From: Gammaproteobacteria bacterium | GTDB taxonomy: Bacteria; Pseudomonadota; Gammaproteobacteria; VBWC01 | Length of the DNA: 64,000 bases | Direction of reading: 5' to 3' | Assembly: GCA_006218035.1 (NCBI GenBank) | Contig: VBWC01000010.1 | Location: 203,572 to 267,571, forward strand | In this document: one piece after another, positions 47,692 through 57,350 of the stretch | Layout of the letters: every line of letters starts with the position of its first letter | Numbering within the stretch: position 1 is the first letter of the stretch | Notes under the pieces: generated by a model | Told to the model about the DNA's origin: nothing | Seen by the model: the letters and a program-made list of their open reading frames with translations, nothing else | The model's database searches: none | Position numbers and translations under genes: made by a program

Positions 47692-48797
47692 CCGACTAAT
47701 TCCTTCACGACGCTCTCAATATTCTTTTCCGAGTGATTTTCTATCGCATAGCCTCTTGCGGAGCTTCCCATCGACTGGCGAAGTTGCCTGTCGCCAATCA
47801 GTTTCTCAATGTCCCGGCAAAGGGCGGTGAATGATCCTGAGCAGTACCCGATGCTGCGGGATGACAGAATATTATCGGGATCGACATCAAGACTAACCAC
47901 CGGAACCTCGCGCATCCAGGCTTGAATAAAAGTGTTAGGGAAGCCTTCATAACTGCTGGTATTCACGAAAATGTGCGATTGCGCCAGAACGGCGTTTACC
48001 TCTTCCTGAGCAAGCTCTCCAACATAGTCCAGCGAACGTACTTCCTTGATTTTCTGAATAAGCTGTCTACACCACGGCGAATTGTCCGCGCGGCCAATCA
48101 TTATAAATTTTACGTCGACATCTGACTGATATTTCTTGGCGAGATCGATGAATAACTCCGGTCTTTTCATCGGTTTTAAATTGGACACCCATACTACCTT
48201 GACAGGGGTATCCTGTTTTTTCGGTTCGACGGGTACCGGCTGGAAGTTGGGGACGATCCGCGCGGCGGTAACTCCGTAGTGCTTTTTAAGCAACCCTGCT
48301 TGTTGTTCCGTCTGTGCAATAATGCTGGTGCTGTTACGAATGCCGTACTCCAGCGCCTTCTTTTCTATATACCGCGATACGGTATTCGAAGACCTGTTTT
48401 TGTCCATTCGAAACGGCAATACATTCATCTCACTCGAGATATGCCACACCAACTTGCAGTTATTTCTTTTAGCATAGTAAGCCGCTATTCCTGTATAAGC
48501 ACCGCCGACGCGCTGATAAATAACGTGCGGTCGTATTTTATGCAGCGCCGCTAACAATGGTCGCGCATCAAGCAAATTACCAACACGCATGGAAAAGGGG
48601 CTGACATTAATCTGCTCCACCTTGTACCCAGCCGGTTGGAACGCCGGATCGGCTTGTCGAGCAACGTAGGTGATATCGAATCGTGTCTGAGCCACAAGTA
48701 CATCCAGCAATAGTGATATCTGTTGCTCCGACCCGCCAAAACCACCTGTCCAATGACACGGAGACACAATACACAATCGCCTCTCGCCAGACCTCAC
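47688..48797 (-). CDS. Glycosyltransferase family 4
   Basis: GGSEQQ, K.PE.F, TSSYEGFPNTFIQAW. Confidence 0.9.
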   Translation of the reverse strand: MRSGERRLCIVSPCHWTGGFGGSEQQISLLLDVLVAQTRFDITYVARQADPAFQPAGYKVEQINVSPFSMRVGNLLDARPLLAALHKIRPHVIYQRVGGAYTGIAAYYAKRNNCKLVWHISSEMNVLPFRMDKNRSSNTVSRYIEKKALEYGIRNSTSIIAQTEQQAGLLKKHYGVTAARIVPNFQPVPVEPKKQDTPVKVVWVSNLKPMKRPELFIDLAKKYQSDVDVKFIMIGRADNSPWCRQLIQKIKEVRSLDYVGELAQEEVNAVLAQSHIFVNTSSYEGFPNTFIQAWMREVPVVSLDVDPDNILSSRSIGYCSGSFTALCRDIEKLIGDRQLRQSMGSSARGYAIENHSEKNIESVVKELVG

Positions 48798-49149
48798 GGA
48801 TAGCTTCTCCTTAAGTACCTATTTGCCAGTTGAATAAATGCCATTAGGCTTTGAACGGTGTCTGCGACGATACCTAAGCGGGCAGGTTTCAGCGACTAAC
48901 CTGGTCCGGGCGAACCAGAACCAAACATCGCTGCAAGCCGCTAATTTGAAACTTTATGTGGAAAATTATACTACACAGACACTCTTTGTTTATACTTATA
49001 AACAACGGCTTACAGTCATTCGTGGCATCCGGCAACCCGGCTAGGATGGGCGCCAAGGCCTTAATCCTCAAGAACGCCACCGAAGTGACGGACATTTTCC
49101 GTGGACAGCGGGTTCGATATGGCGATAACTGTATTGTCGATCTTGTTGG

Positions 49150-49165
49150 CTGGCACGAAGATTGC
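49150..49165 (+). promoter_or_regulatory. Consensus sigma54 promoter oriented antisense to the EPS operon
   Basis: CTGGCACGAAGATTGC matches TGGCAC-N5-TTGC. Confidence 0.5.
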
Positions 49166-49193
49166 GATGCGACGTAACGTCACATTGCTCCAC

Positions 49194-50912
49194 TTATTGA
49201 TCTCCTAATGCGGTCCTGGAGAACGCGCTCGCGTCGCCATCCAGTATTTCGTGCATTCGACGAATAATGTATACGCGGAATGCCAACAGATAAGGGTCCA
49301 ATAACAAACCCTGATTCCTGATAGAAAGCATCGATCTAATCCGGCGAATAATTCTCTCCCCTTTGTTGCTCGATAGCTTCCCTGACAAGGAGGATTCTTT
49401 CGCCAACAACTCGAGAGCGAACCGACTCAGGACGTCGATACGCTTACTCCCGGCATGCTCCTGACGCAGGCCATTGCGAATGGCAGACGCGACTGTGTCG
49501 CTGCGTAGAATATCGTCTCGCGATTCGATCGCAGCACCTGTCGCGTATCGTATACCCGGACCATTATGCGTGACCATGTGTTTAAACGCGCTCTTATTCG
49601 TCCGCAAACTGTCCGGCATACATCGTACCTGTGTAATGATTTTCCTGGACAGCAGAGGTGCGCTGATTTCGACATAAGAAAGCTTAAGATCGCTGAGCGC
49701 CGCAAATACAAAAGGAAACTCGAATAACGTATTTGCTCTGTCCCGCCATGTTTCGCGACTTTCATCCGGTTGCCTTTCGATATTATGTGGCCATACCTGA
49801 ACGCCCGCCCCGAATTCCTTTTGAAGCATCCCGACATTTTCGAAATCGGATAGCACCTGCATGCCCATGTTTTTGTAGACCTGCCGATCACTTCGTATAG
49901 CGCGACATCCGAAAGCCTCATCACCACGGATAATACCTTGATAACCCCTCTCATATAGAGCTTTCCAAATCGCGAATCCGTCCATATATCCGGAGATGTG
50001 GTCAATTCTCCCTTCGCCAGCGACGAGAAATCGCGTAAAGAGATATTCCACATTCTCATCGGACAAGTCCGTATAGAAGTACTGATGAGGAACGCGATAA
50101 TGACTAGCCAGATCCCTCGCCACACATGCATCGCCGTTCTCATCTGACAGCGCCGCCTTGACGCCCCATGTGACTGTCTTCAGACCAGGCCTGTCCTTCA
50201 ACATCTGGAGTATCGCCCGGCTATCGTAACCGCCAGACAATGGCAGCACCCATCGATCAAAATCCAGATCCAGCCCATCAAAAGTATCCTGGATTGAGTC
50301 TCTGAGACGTTTCTCATGCTCATTCTGCGAACTGCTATCCGCACGGAAAGCAACCGGCGCTCTGTCGAGCTTGAGCTCCCAGCTCTCCCTATCCAGGATG
50401 AGGCGCGCATCCCCTGGAAGACACCGTATTCTTTTGTCCCAGGATAGCTCGGGCCCCAAGGTACCGGACGACAGCATCCAGGGGTAGGCAGTCTCATTTG
50501 GTTGGTAGCTTTGCAGAAAATAAACGATGGCCCGCTGCGAGGTAGCGGCGATAAACAAGTCGTCAGTCTTTACATACCAGATCGTACGCGACGCAAGGAT
50601 ATCCGTCAGAAGCTCGACCGTCTTCTCAGCCCCCCTAAACAACGCGTAGCTGCCATCCGGCGCGTCCGATTCCGGCCGCCACCAGTCGGGGCTGTGACCA
50701 AACAATGTCCCCATGCAAACACTGCATCCCTGGATCCTTAAAGAGTCTGTCGGATTAATAATCCCAAGCAGGATGCCGTCACCTTCAATAACCCTGGGCG
50801 GTACCGGCTTAATATTATCCGGCGTCAACCGCGCCGATAGCGCCGTGATGTGGCGGCCGCCAAACTTGACCGGCGCCCCAATTCGGGTCGTGACAAAAAC
50901 CGCTTTCGACAT
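49194..50912 (-). CDS. Asparagine-synthase-related amide ligase lacking the N-terminal Cys (paralog 2)
   Basis: LPLSGGYDSR PP-loop; begins MSKAV with no catalytic Cys; colinear with 50989-52755. Confidence 0.8.
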   Translation of the reverse strand: MSKAVFVTTRIGAPVKFGGRHITALSARLTPDNIKPVPPRVIEGDGILLGIINPTDSLRIQGCSVCMGTLFGHSPDWWRPESDAPDGSYALFRGAEKTVELLTDILASRTIWYVKTDDLFIAATSQRAIVYFLQSYQPNETAYPWMLSSGTLGPELSWDKRIRCLPGDARLILDRESWELKLDRAPVAFRADSSSQNEHEKRLRDSIQDTFDGLDLDFDRWVLPLSGGYDSRAILQMLKDRPGLKTVTWGVKAALSDENGDACVARDLASHYRVPHQYFYTDLSDENVEYLFTRFLVAGEGRIDHISGYMDGFAIWKALYERGYQGIIRGDEAFGCRAIRSDRQVYKNMGMQVLSDFENVGMLQKEFGAGVQVWPHNIERQPDESRETWRDRANTLFEFPFVFAALSDLKLSYVEISAPLLSRKIITQVRCMPDSLRTNKSAFKHMVTHNGPGIRYATGAAIESRDDILRSDTVASAIRNGLRQEHAGSKRIDVLSRFALELLAKESSLSGKLSSNKGERIIRRIRSMLSIRNQGLLLDPYLLAFRVYIIRRMHEILDGDASAFSRTALGDQ

Positions 50913-50988
50913 AAAACTCCCACACGCTCCGATTCCCCCTCGGCATCAAAGGTATCGACAACCGCGAGGTATTCTTAAACATCGACGG

Positions 50989-52755
50989 CTAGGTCTTGAG
51001 GGACTTCGCTGTTTTGTCTACGACCAGAGCACCTGCATCTTCACACAACATGCGATCCATCTCGCAAATTATGTACGCCCGAAACGCCAGCTTGTATAAA
51101 TCCAGCTCGATACTCGACGACGGGCGCCAAAAGCCGGCTACAACGGGCCTTACCGCATCGATAGCCTTTTTGGGCAGAATATTCTTGAGGATCGCCTTCA
51201 AATTCGTATTGGCAGGCCTATAGGGGGAGGCGAGTTGACCATCGCCGAAAATATGATTTTTCAACAGCTGAATTAAATCGGGGGGAAACAGCTTCTCGGC
51301 GCGCGCGCTGAGTAATGTCCCCATGATATGGTCGATCACTCTTGTATCTTTCAAGATATTTGACGACATTTCTATTGCTGGATATTCCGCAAACGGAATG
51401 TCCCTGTTTGCAGCGACAACGATTTTCTTGAACAACATTCTGTCTGTCCGGAGACGATCCGGCATCTTTCGAACGGCGCGAACTATCCTCCTGGACAAGA
51501 GCGGGTTAACAATTTCGACGTAGGAGTTTTTCAAATCATTCAGCGCTGCCATCACGACGGGTATGCGGTAACTTTGATATAAACGATCTCGCCATGCCTC
51601 TAACGACTCCATGTCCCGTCTATCAAATATCGTGGGAAGGTGCTGTTCAAACTGCTCATGCAACGGAACCTTTCCAAGGTTCCGATAATCGCTCAAAAGT
51701 AACAACTCAACGGAACGCCTTACGTCGATCGGATTTGCTACCGGTATCCAGCCGAATACTGAATCTCCGCGGATTACGCCGTAATTACCAGACTCAAAAA
51801 GATGCTTCCATATCGAAAACCCATCCATGTATCCCGATATGTGATCCACGCGACCTTCGCCGGCAACAAGAAATCGCTTGAATATTTCATTCACCGGCTC
51901 ATCAGATAAATCCGTTTCCAAATACTCATGAGGCATCCCGTACTTCTGTGCGAGATCGCGCGCGACGCAGGCATCGCTTTTCTTGTTCGCGAGCGCGGAC
52001 CGCAGGCCCCATGTGATTGCTTTCAGCCCTGACCGACCCCTCAGCATCTGCAGGATCGCGCGGCTGTCGTAACCGCCCGACAACGGCAATATCCACTTAT
52101 CTAAATCCAGATCGAGATGATCGAATGTCTCGCTTATCGCTTTCCGCAGGTTTCTTTCGTGACCTCTATCAGGAAGATTCTCAGCAAAGAAGTTAACCGG
52201 CTCGGCTGATAACTTTGCTGTCCAGGTAATTCGATCGAACATCAGGCGCGCGTCCGGCGGCACGCTTTGAATTCTCTTGTCCCACGACAATCCGGGGCCG
52301 AGAGTTCCCGACGACAACATCCATGTATAAGCGCTGGTGTTCGGCTCGTAGCTTTGAAGAAAATAAACGATGGCGCGTTGCGACGTGGAGGCGATAAACA
52401 GTTCATCCGTTTTCGCATACCAGATCGTCCGAGACGCAACGGTATCGCTCACCAGTTCTACTTGGTATTCGCCACTTCGAAACAACGCGTAGTTACCGTC
52501 TGGCGCATCGGCTCCGGGCATCCACCAATCATCATCTGCGCCGAAGAATGTTCCCAGACATACGCTGCTATTGTTTATTGGTAACGACGCGACCGGATTT
52601 ATGACACAGATCGCGATACCGTGCCCCTCTACCACTAGAGGCTGACGAGCGGTGATATTACCGGGGGTCAGTCGCTTCGATATTTCTTTGATCGCTTGCC
52701 CCATCCGAGGCATTTGATCCGCCGATCGAGAGCATAAAAGTACCAGTTTAGACAT
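50989..52755 (-). CDS. Asparagine-synthase-related amide ligase lacking the N-terminal Cys (paralog 1)
   Basis: LPLSGGYDSR; begins MSKLV; degenerate glutamine amidotransferase domain. Confidence 0.8.
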   Translation of the reverse strand: MSKLVLLCSRSADQMPRMGQAIKEISKRLTPGNITARQPLVVEGHGIAICVINPVASLPINNSSVCLGTFFGADDDWWMPGADAPDGNYALFRSGEYQVELVSDTVASRTIWYAKTDELFIASTSQRAIVYFLQSYEPNTSAYTWMLSSGTLGPGLSWDKRIQSVPPDARLMFDRITWTAKLSAEPVNFFAENLPDRGHERNLRKAISETFDHLDLDLDKWILPLSGGYDSRAILQMLRGRSGLKAITWGLRSALANKKSDACVARDLAQKYGMPHEYLETDLSDEPVNEIFKRFLVAGEGRVDHISGYMDGFSIWKHLFESGNYGVIRGDSVFGWIPVANPIDVRRSVELLLLSDYRNLGKVPLHEQFEQHLPTIFDRRDMESLEAWRDRLYQSYRIPVVMAALNDLKNSYVEIVNPLLSRRIVRAVRKMPDRLRTDRMLFKKIVVAANRDIPFAEYPAIEMSSNILKDTRVIDHIMGTLLSARAEKLFPPDLIQLLKNHIFGDGQLASPYRPANTNLKAILKNILPKKAIDAVRPVVAGFWRPSSSIELDLYKLAFRAYIICEMDRMLCEDAGALVVDKTAKSLKT

Positions 52756-52805
52756 TACGTAACATCGAACACCTGATAATTATCGTTGAATTGCTCCATC
52801 GCCTT

Positions 52806-54737
52806 TTAAGTAATCATTTCGCCTTCGTCTTTGATCCACTTCTGATACCACATCTGAAACACCAGAATCGTCCACACGATGTTGTATTCGGAACCGTCCT
52901 TGAGATATCTGTTCTTCAGGTAAGTCACATATTCCACGTCAAAAAAGCCGTGCTCTCTCAGTCGCGGTTCTTCAAGATGATACAAAAGCAGTTTTGACAA
53001 ATCGCCACGAAGCCATTTGTAAACAGGGACGCCAAACCCCTTCTTGGGCCTGTCCATCATCGCCGAGGGGACGTGCCTATGTACGATTTTCTTTAAAATC
53101 TTTTTCCGGTTCCCGCGACCATACTTATACGATAAAGGTAACCGCGCCGCGAACTCGATGATCCTGTGATCCAGAAGTGGTTCGCGGCCTTCCAGGCTCA
53201 CCGACATCGTGGCCCGATCAACCTTGGTCAATACGTCATCTACCATGTAGTTCTGATAGTCGATCGCCAGACTCTTGGTGATATCATCGATACCGCCGCT
53301 TAATTTGGTGGCGTTATTAAAGAACGCGTTTTTCGTATCTACCGTTGTATTGAGTAATCGATAGATCCGGTAATCCGTGCATCTCCCTTGTAGAAAGATA
53401 TCGATTAACTGATCGACAGAGCAGCGCGATCTGAGCTTCCAGAATTGGTTTAATAGAATCTGAACGTGCTTGTTGTAACCACGGTACGATTTGGAGACGT
53501 TCGATAAATAACCTGTGGATGCGTTAAATGATCGCCTTAGCCAGGGCGGATACCTGCGTATCTTATGGTAGTCGTCAACATATTCTTCTGTATGGTCATA
53601 TCCGACGAAGGTCTCATCTCCGCCATCAGCGGATAATGCCACCGTTACGTTCTCTCTCGCCATACGACTAACAAGCATCGTTGGAATGGCAGAGGTATCG
53701 ATAAACGGCTCATCATAGTAATACGGCAGCGTCGACACGATCTCTTTTGCGTCCGCCTCGGAACAGTAATATTCGGTATGATCAGTACCGAGATAGGCGG
53801 CGATGGCCTTCGCCTCGTTTGCCTCGTTGTGGCGCTTGTCGTCAAATCCAATCGTAAAGGTCTTCAGCCGGTCGGTCATGTCAGTCTGCAACAACGCAGT
53901 CACCGCAGTGCTGTCATAACCACCGCTCAGGAAAACGCCTACCGGAACGTCTGCGACCATGCGATACCGAAAGGCCGATACCAGCAACTTTTCCATTTCA
54001 TCAACCGCGTCGGGCTCCGAAATATCGAGCAGCGGCATATTGTAATAATCGATAACATCCCAGTATTTTTCTTCTTTTAGGTCCCGGGAATTCAAATCGA
54101 TCGTTAAGTAATGGCCCGGCTTGAGCTTGTAGGTATTCTTGAAGATCGTGTACGGAGCAGGCACGTATCCGAACCTGAAAAACAACGGCAACGCGTCAGC
54201 GTCGATTTCTTTTTTAAAAGCCGCGGTTTGATGAAAGGCCTTGAGCTCCGAAGCGAACAGAAATAAACCGTCTTTATAACTGTAATATAGCGGCTTTACG
54301 CCCGCCCGGTCCCTGAAAAGATACAGCTTCTCTTTTTTTTTGTCGTAGATGATGAATGCGAACATGCCGATCAGCTTATGTACCGCGTCGACCCCCCATC
54401 TTATATAAGCCTTCAACAACACCTCAGTGTCGGAGGAAGTGAAAAACGTAAAGCCCTCCTTTTTAAGCTCTTCCCGTATTTCAACGTAGTTATATATTTC
54501 GCCATTAAACGCGATTACGTGGTCGCCGCTCTCATCCTTCAACGGCTGCGCAGCACCGGCGGACAAATCGATAATCGACAATCTCCGGTGCCCCAGACCG
54601 ATATGTGCGTTGTCCACTGGGTAGAACTCGTAACCGGAACCGTCAGGCCCGCGATGCCATAAAACATCGGTCATGCGCCTTAGCTCGTCACGAGTCAGGC
54701 GCTTTCGGAAATCACAGAAACCGGCTATACCGCACAC
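52806..54737 (-). CDS. asnB: Asparagine synthase (glutamine-hydrolysing) family amidotransferase of polysaccharide loci
   Basis: (M)CGIAG, HRGPD, HRRLSIIDL, NGEIYN, LSGGYDS, KVDRATM; GTG start. Confidence 0.92.
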   Translation of the reverse strand: MCGIAGFCDFRKRLTRDELRRMTDVLWHRGPDGSGYEFYPVDNAHIGLGHRRLSIIDLSAGAAQPLKDESGDHVIAFNGEIYNYVEIREELKKEGFTFFTSSDTEVLLKAYIRWGVDAVHKLIGMFAFIIYDKKKEKLYLFRDRAGVKPLYYSYKDGLFLFASELKAFHQTAAFKKEIDADALPLFFRFGYVPAPYTIFKNTYKLKPGHYLTIDLNSRDLKEEKYWDVIDYYNMPLLDISEPDAVDEMEKLLVSAFRYRMVADVPVGVFLSGGYDSTAVTALLQTDMTDRLKTFTIGFDDKRHNEANEAKAIAAYLGTDHTEYYCSEADAKEIVSTLPYYYDEPFIDTSAIPTMLVSRMARENVTVALSADGGDETFVGYDHTEEYVDDYHKIRRYPPWLRRSFNASTGYLSNVSKSYRGYNKHVQILLNQFWKLRSRCSVDQLIDIFLQGRCTDYRIYRLLNTTVDTKNAFFNNATKLSGGIDDITKSLAIDYQNYMVDDVLTKVDRATMSVSLEGREPLLDHRIIEFAARLPLSYKYGRGNRKKILKKIVHRHVPSAMMDRPKKGFGVPVYKWLRGDLSKLLLYHLEEPRLREHGFFDVEYVTYLKNRYLKDGSEYNIVWTILVFQMWYQKWIKDEGEMIT

Positions 54738-54857
54738 AGATAATCCCTTTCAAATATTGACTACACCGGCACTCCGGACTATCCGAAGCGACATGAGAGC
54801 GCCCGCAATATCGCTCAAGAACCAGACGCCTCTATAGGCAAACTTCTGGAACTACCA

Positions 54858-56078
54858 CTACTTACGCCTCAGGCATTCGATGGCATCCCGGTAGACATCC
54901 ACATATTGACGAGCCACGTTTACCCAATCGTATTGTGATGCCACTATCCGCGCTGCCGTGGCCATGTCGCTCCGAACATCACGACGCGCAAACACTTTTA
55001 AGACCGCATCGGCCAACTCCGCCTCATTCGATGGCGCGACCAGGTACCCGTTCTTACCGTCGCTGACAACATCCTTGTTTCCGGAAATATTAGTGGCCAC
55101 GACGGGGATCCCTGCTCCCATCGCTTCAAGTACCGCCAGTGACAGCCCTTCGGAATTGTCATCGGTACCCGCGGATACATAAAGTTCGCTGCTGCATAAC
55201 AATTCGGCAAGATAATCCGGCTCAGCTTGCTGAAGCGATGTTTTTGTTACGCGATTTAGAATATTTTGCGACGGGTTAATTCCCCCGGTAAGAATAACCT
55301 TGCCTTCCATGCCGGCCTCCTTAATCAGGGGCCTCAACACTTCTGTCTTCTCACCAACAATCACCAATCTTGCATGCTGGTCTTGCGCGAGTATTCGTGG
55401 CATCGCCCGAACCAGGTATTCCTGCCCTTTGCGCGGATTATAACGTCCTATCGTCACTATCAGCCGCGCGTCCGGTTCGACTCCGAGCCACTCACGCACA
55501 TTCAGCGTGGCTGCTTGACCGAATCGTTTTAAATCCACGCCGTTCGGCACCAGCCGGATTTTATCAGCGGCGGCTCCTGCCTCGATTAATACATCTCTTA
55601 TCTTCGTACTGATCGCGGTAATACGTTCTGCGGTTTTCAACGCCAGAACAATTTTCTGTCGGAGGCCCGGATCGAGCATGAGGCCGTAGCCGATCTCCGG
55701 AATCGTCTGTATGTCCTCCCCGTGCGGCGTAATGACCAGCGGAATACTCCTGGTTCGTTTTAAACGCGCTGCGGTGTACCCGGTCGGATAGGTGTTGTGC
55801 GCGTGAACGACATCACAGGACCAAAGCGCAGCATCCAGCGCCAGATGCGCCATTGCTACCTGCTCAGGGAACATGCCCCTGAGCGTTGGCCATCGATGGA
55901 CCGGGTAGTTAAACCGCAGCTGGCGGTGCTTCCAGAACCCCGCGGGCCCGACAACCCTGACCTTGTGTCCCAGCGTTAATAATGCATCCGCCAGATAGTG
56001 GATGACGAACTCCCTTCCTCCCAGGGCCGGGAGAAAACTATTCACATATAAAACAATATTGAGTTGACTGCCGTTCAT
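54858..56078 (-). CDS. Glycosyltransferase family 4
   Basis: GGRE, PNGVD, RKG, SEGLSLAVLEAM. Confidence 0.92.
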   Translation of the reverse strand: MNGSQLNIVLYVNSFLPALGGREFVIHYLADALLTLGHKVRVVGPAGFWKHRQLRFNYPVHRWPTLRGMFPEQVAMAHLALDAALWSCDVVHAHNTYPTGYTAARLKRTRSIPLVITPHGEDIQTIPEIGYGLMLDPGLRQKIVLALKTAERITAISTKIRDVLIEAGAAADKIRLVPNGVDLKRFGQAATLNVREWLGVEPDARLIVTIGRYNPRKGQEYLVRAMPRILAQDQHARLVIVGEKTEVLRPLIKEAGMEGKVILTGGINPSQNILNRVTKTSLQQAEPDYLAELLCSSELYVSAGTDDNSEGLSLAVLEAMGAGIPVVATNISGNKDVVSDGKNGYLVAPSNEAELADAVLKVFARRDVRSDMATAARIVASQYDWVNVARQYVDVYRDAIECLRRK

Positions 56079-56124
56079 CGATACGTCCTTTCACGCCGCG
56101 TTCCATAGTGACACGTGAACAAAA

Positions 56125-57207
56125 CTAAATTAACCTGCCATATAGCGTCGTAACCTGATCCGCAACCCGCTCCCAACTGAGCGCAAGCGCACGTTCGCGG
56201 GCAGCACGCCCCATATCCATTCGTCGAGAATCGTTACCGTACAGGTAATTTATTCCATCAACAAACGAAGAGACGTCCCCTCGTTTCGTCAGAACAGCCG
56301 CGGACTCGTCCACGTAATCGCGTATCCCGACAATGTCGGTCATTATGGTCGGCAGTCCGCACGCCATCGCCTCAAGCAGCGCATTATTAGTAGTTGCATC
56401 CGTTACCGGCATGACAAACAGCTGGGACGATTGATACAACGCCAATAGTTCCTTGTCACTTACCCCATTCAAAAGCGTCACATTATCGAGCCCGGAGAAA
56501 CGACCATACTCGGATGGAGACGTTACCACGACAAACTCTATTTCCTTGCCGCGCAAGATCCTGGCCGCCGCAGTTAAAACGTCAAAATCCCTGAGATGCG
56601 ACCCCACAAACAGGCAGCGAAACTTGTTGCTCTTGGCGGGGGTCGTGGGTGGCTGGAAGTATTGAACGTCGACTCCATGTGGAATATAGTGAATCCGGTC
56701 CTGGCCTACGAGATCTGAAAATATATCCCGCTGCACCGTGGATACTACGACTACCGCGTCCAGTCGTCTGATCGGCCTGGTGTCATAAACGATTCTACGA
56801 AACTTTTCCTGAGGCAAATGGTACGTGCAAACTATCGGCTTCGGTTTGCCAAACTTCTTTAACCGGCCGAGATAGCAATATGAATTCTCCCCGTAGAGAA
56901 AATGAAACACCTGTCCCGCATCTCGCCACCATCGTGCGCCAGCCGCCAACTCACAGATCAAATTACCCCGCTGGTACCACTGCGACCCGGCCTTCCTGAT
57001 AAGTGGCTTTAAGACTTTTGCTACCGCCCGTTGACTGAAAGACCAGTTGACTGGTGGTCTAATGACGTTACAAGGAAGGTAGTCAACCAGCCGGTCATAG
57101 CCGGACGGTCCTGCATGACCGCTCATCCGCATCGAGATTACAACCGCCGAGGGTTCAGCGCGTTGTTGCCTGGCGGGCAATTCATCGCCACTCCGTTCGA
57201 AAGTCAT
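56125..57207 (-). CDS. Glycosyltransferase family 4
   Basis: PHGVD, NNALLEAMACGLP. Confidence 0.9.
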   Translation of the reverse strand: MTFERSGDELPARQQRAEPSAVVISMRMSGHAGPSGYDRLVDYLPCNVIRPPVNWSFSQRAVAKVLKPLIRKAGSQWYQRGNLICELAAGARWWRDAGQVFHFLYGENSYCYLGRLKKFGKPKPIVCTYHLPQEKFRRIVYDTRPIRRLDAVVVVSTVQRDIFSDLVGQDRIHYIPHGVDVQYFQPPTTPAKSNKFRCLFVGSHLRDFDVLTAAARILRGKEIEFVVVTSPSEYGRFSGLDNVTLLNGVSDKELLALYQSSQLFVMPVTDATTNNALLEAMACGLPTIMTDIVGIRDYVDESAAVLTKRGDVSSFVDGINYLYGNDSRRMDMGRAARERALALSWERVADQVTTLYGRLI

Positions 57208-57350
57208 TGTCTTAGAATCGGCATATAAACATTGTCAGCCAATGGTCCGTACGATCCGGACCAACGGCCGAGAAAACCCGTAACATACCGCGCGCCATAT
57301 CCCGACCCAAACCGCGCGGACCTTGCGAGGGGCCGCAAATACATCACGCA

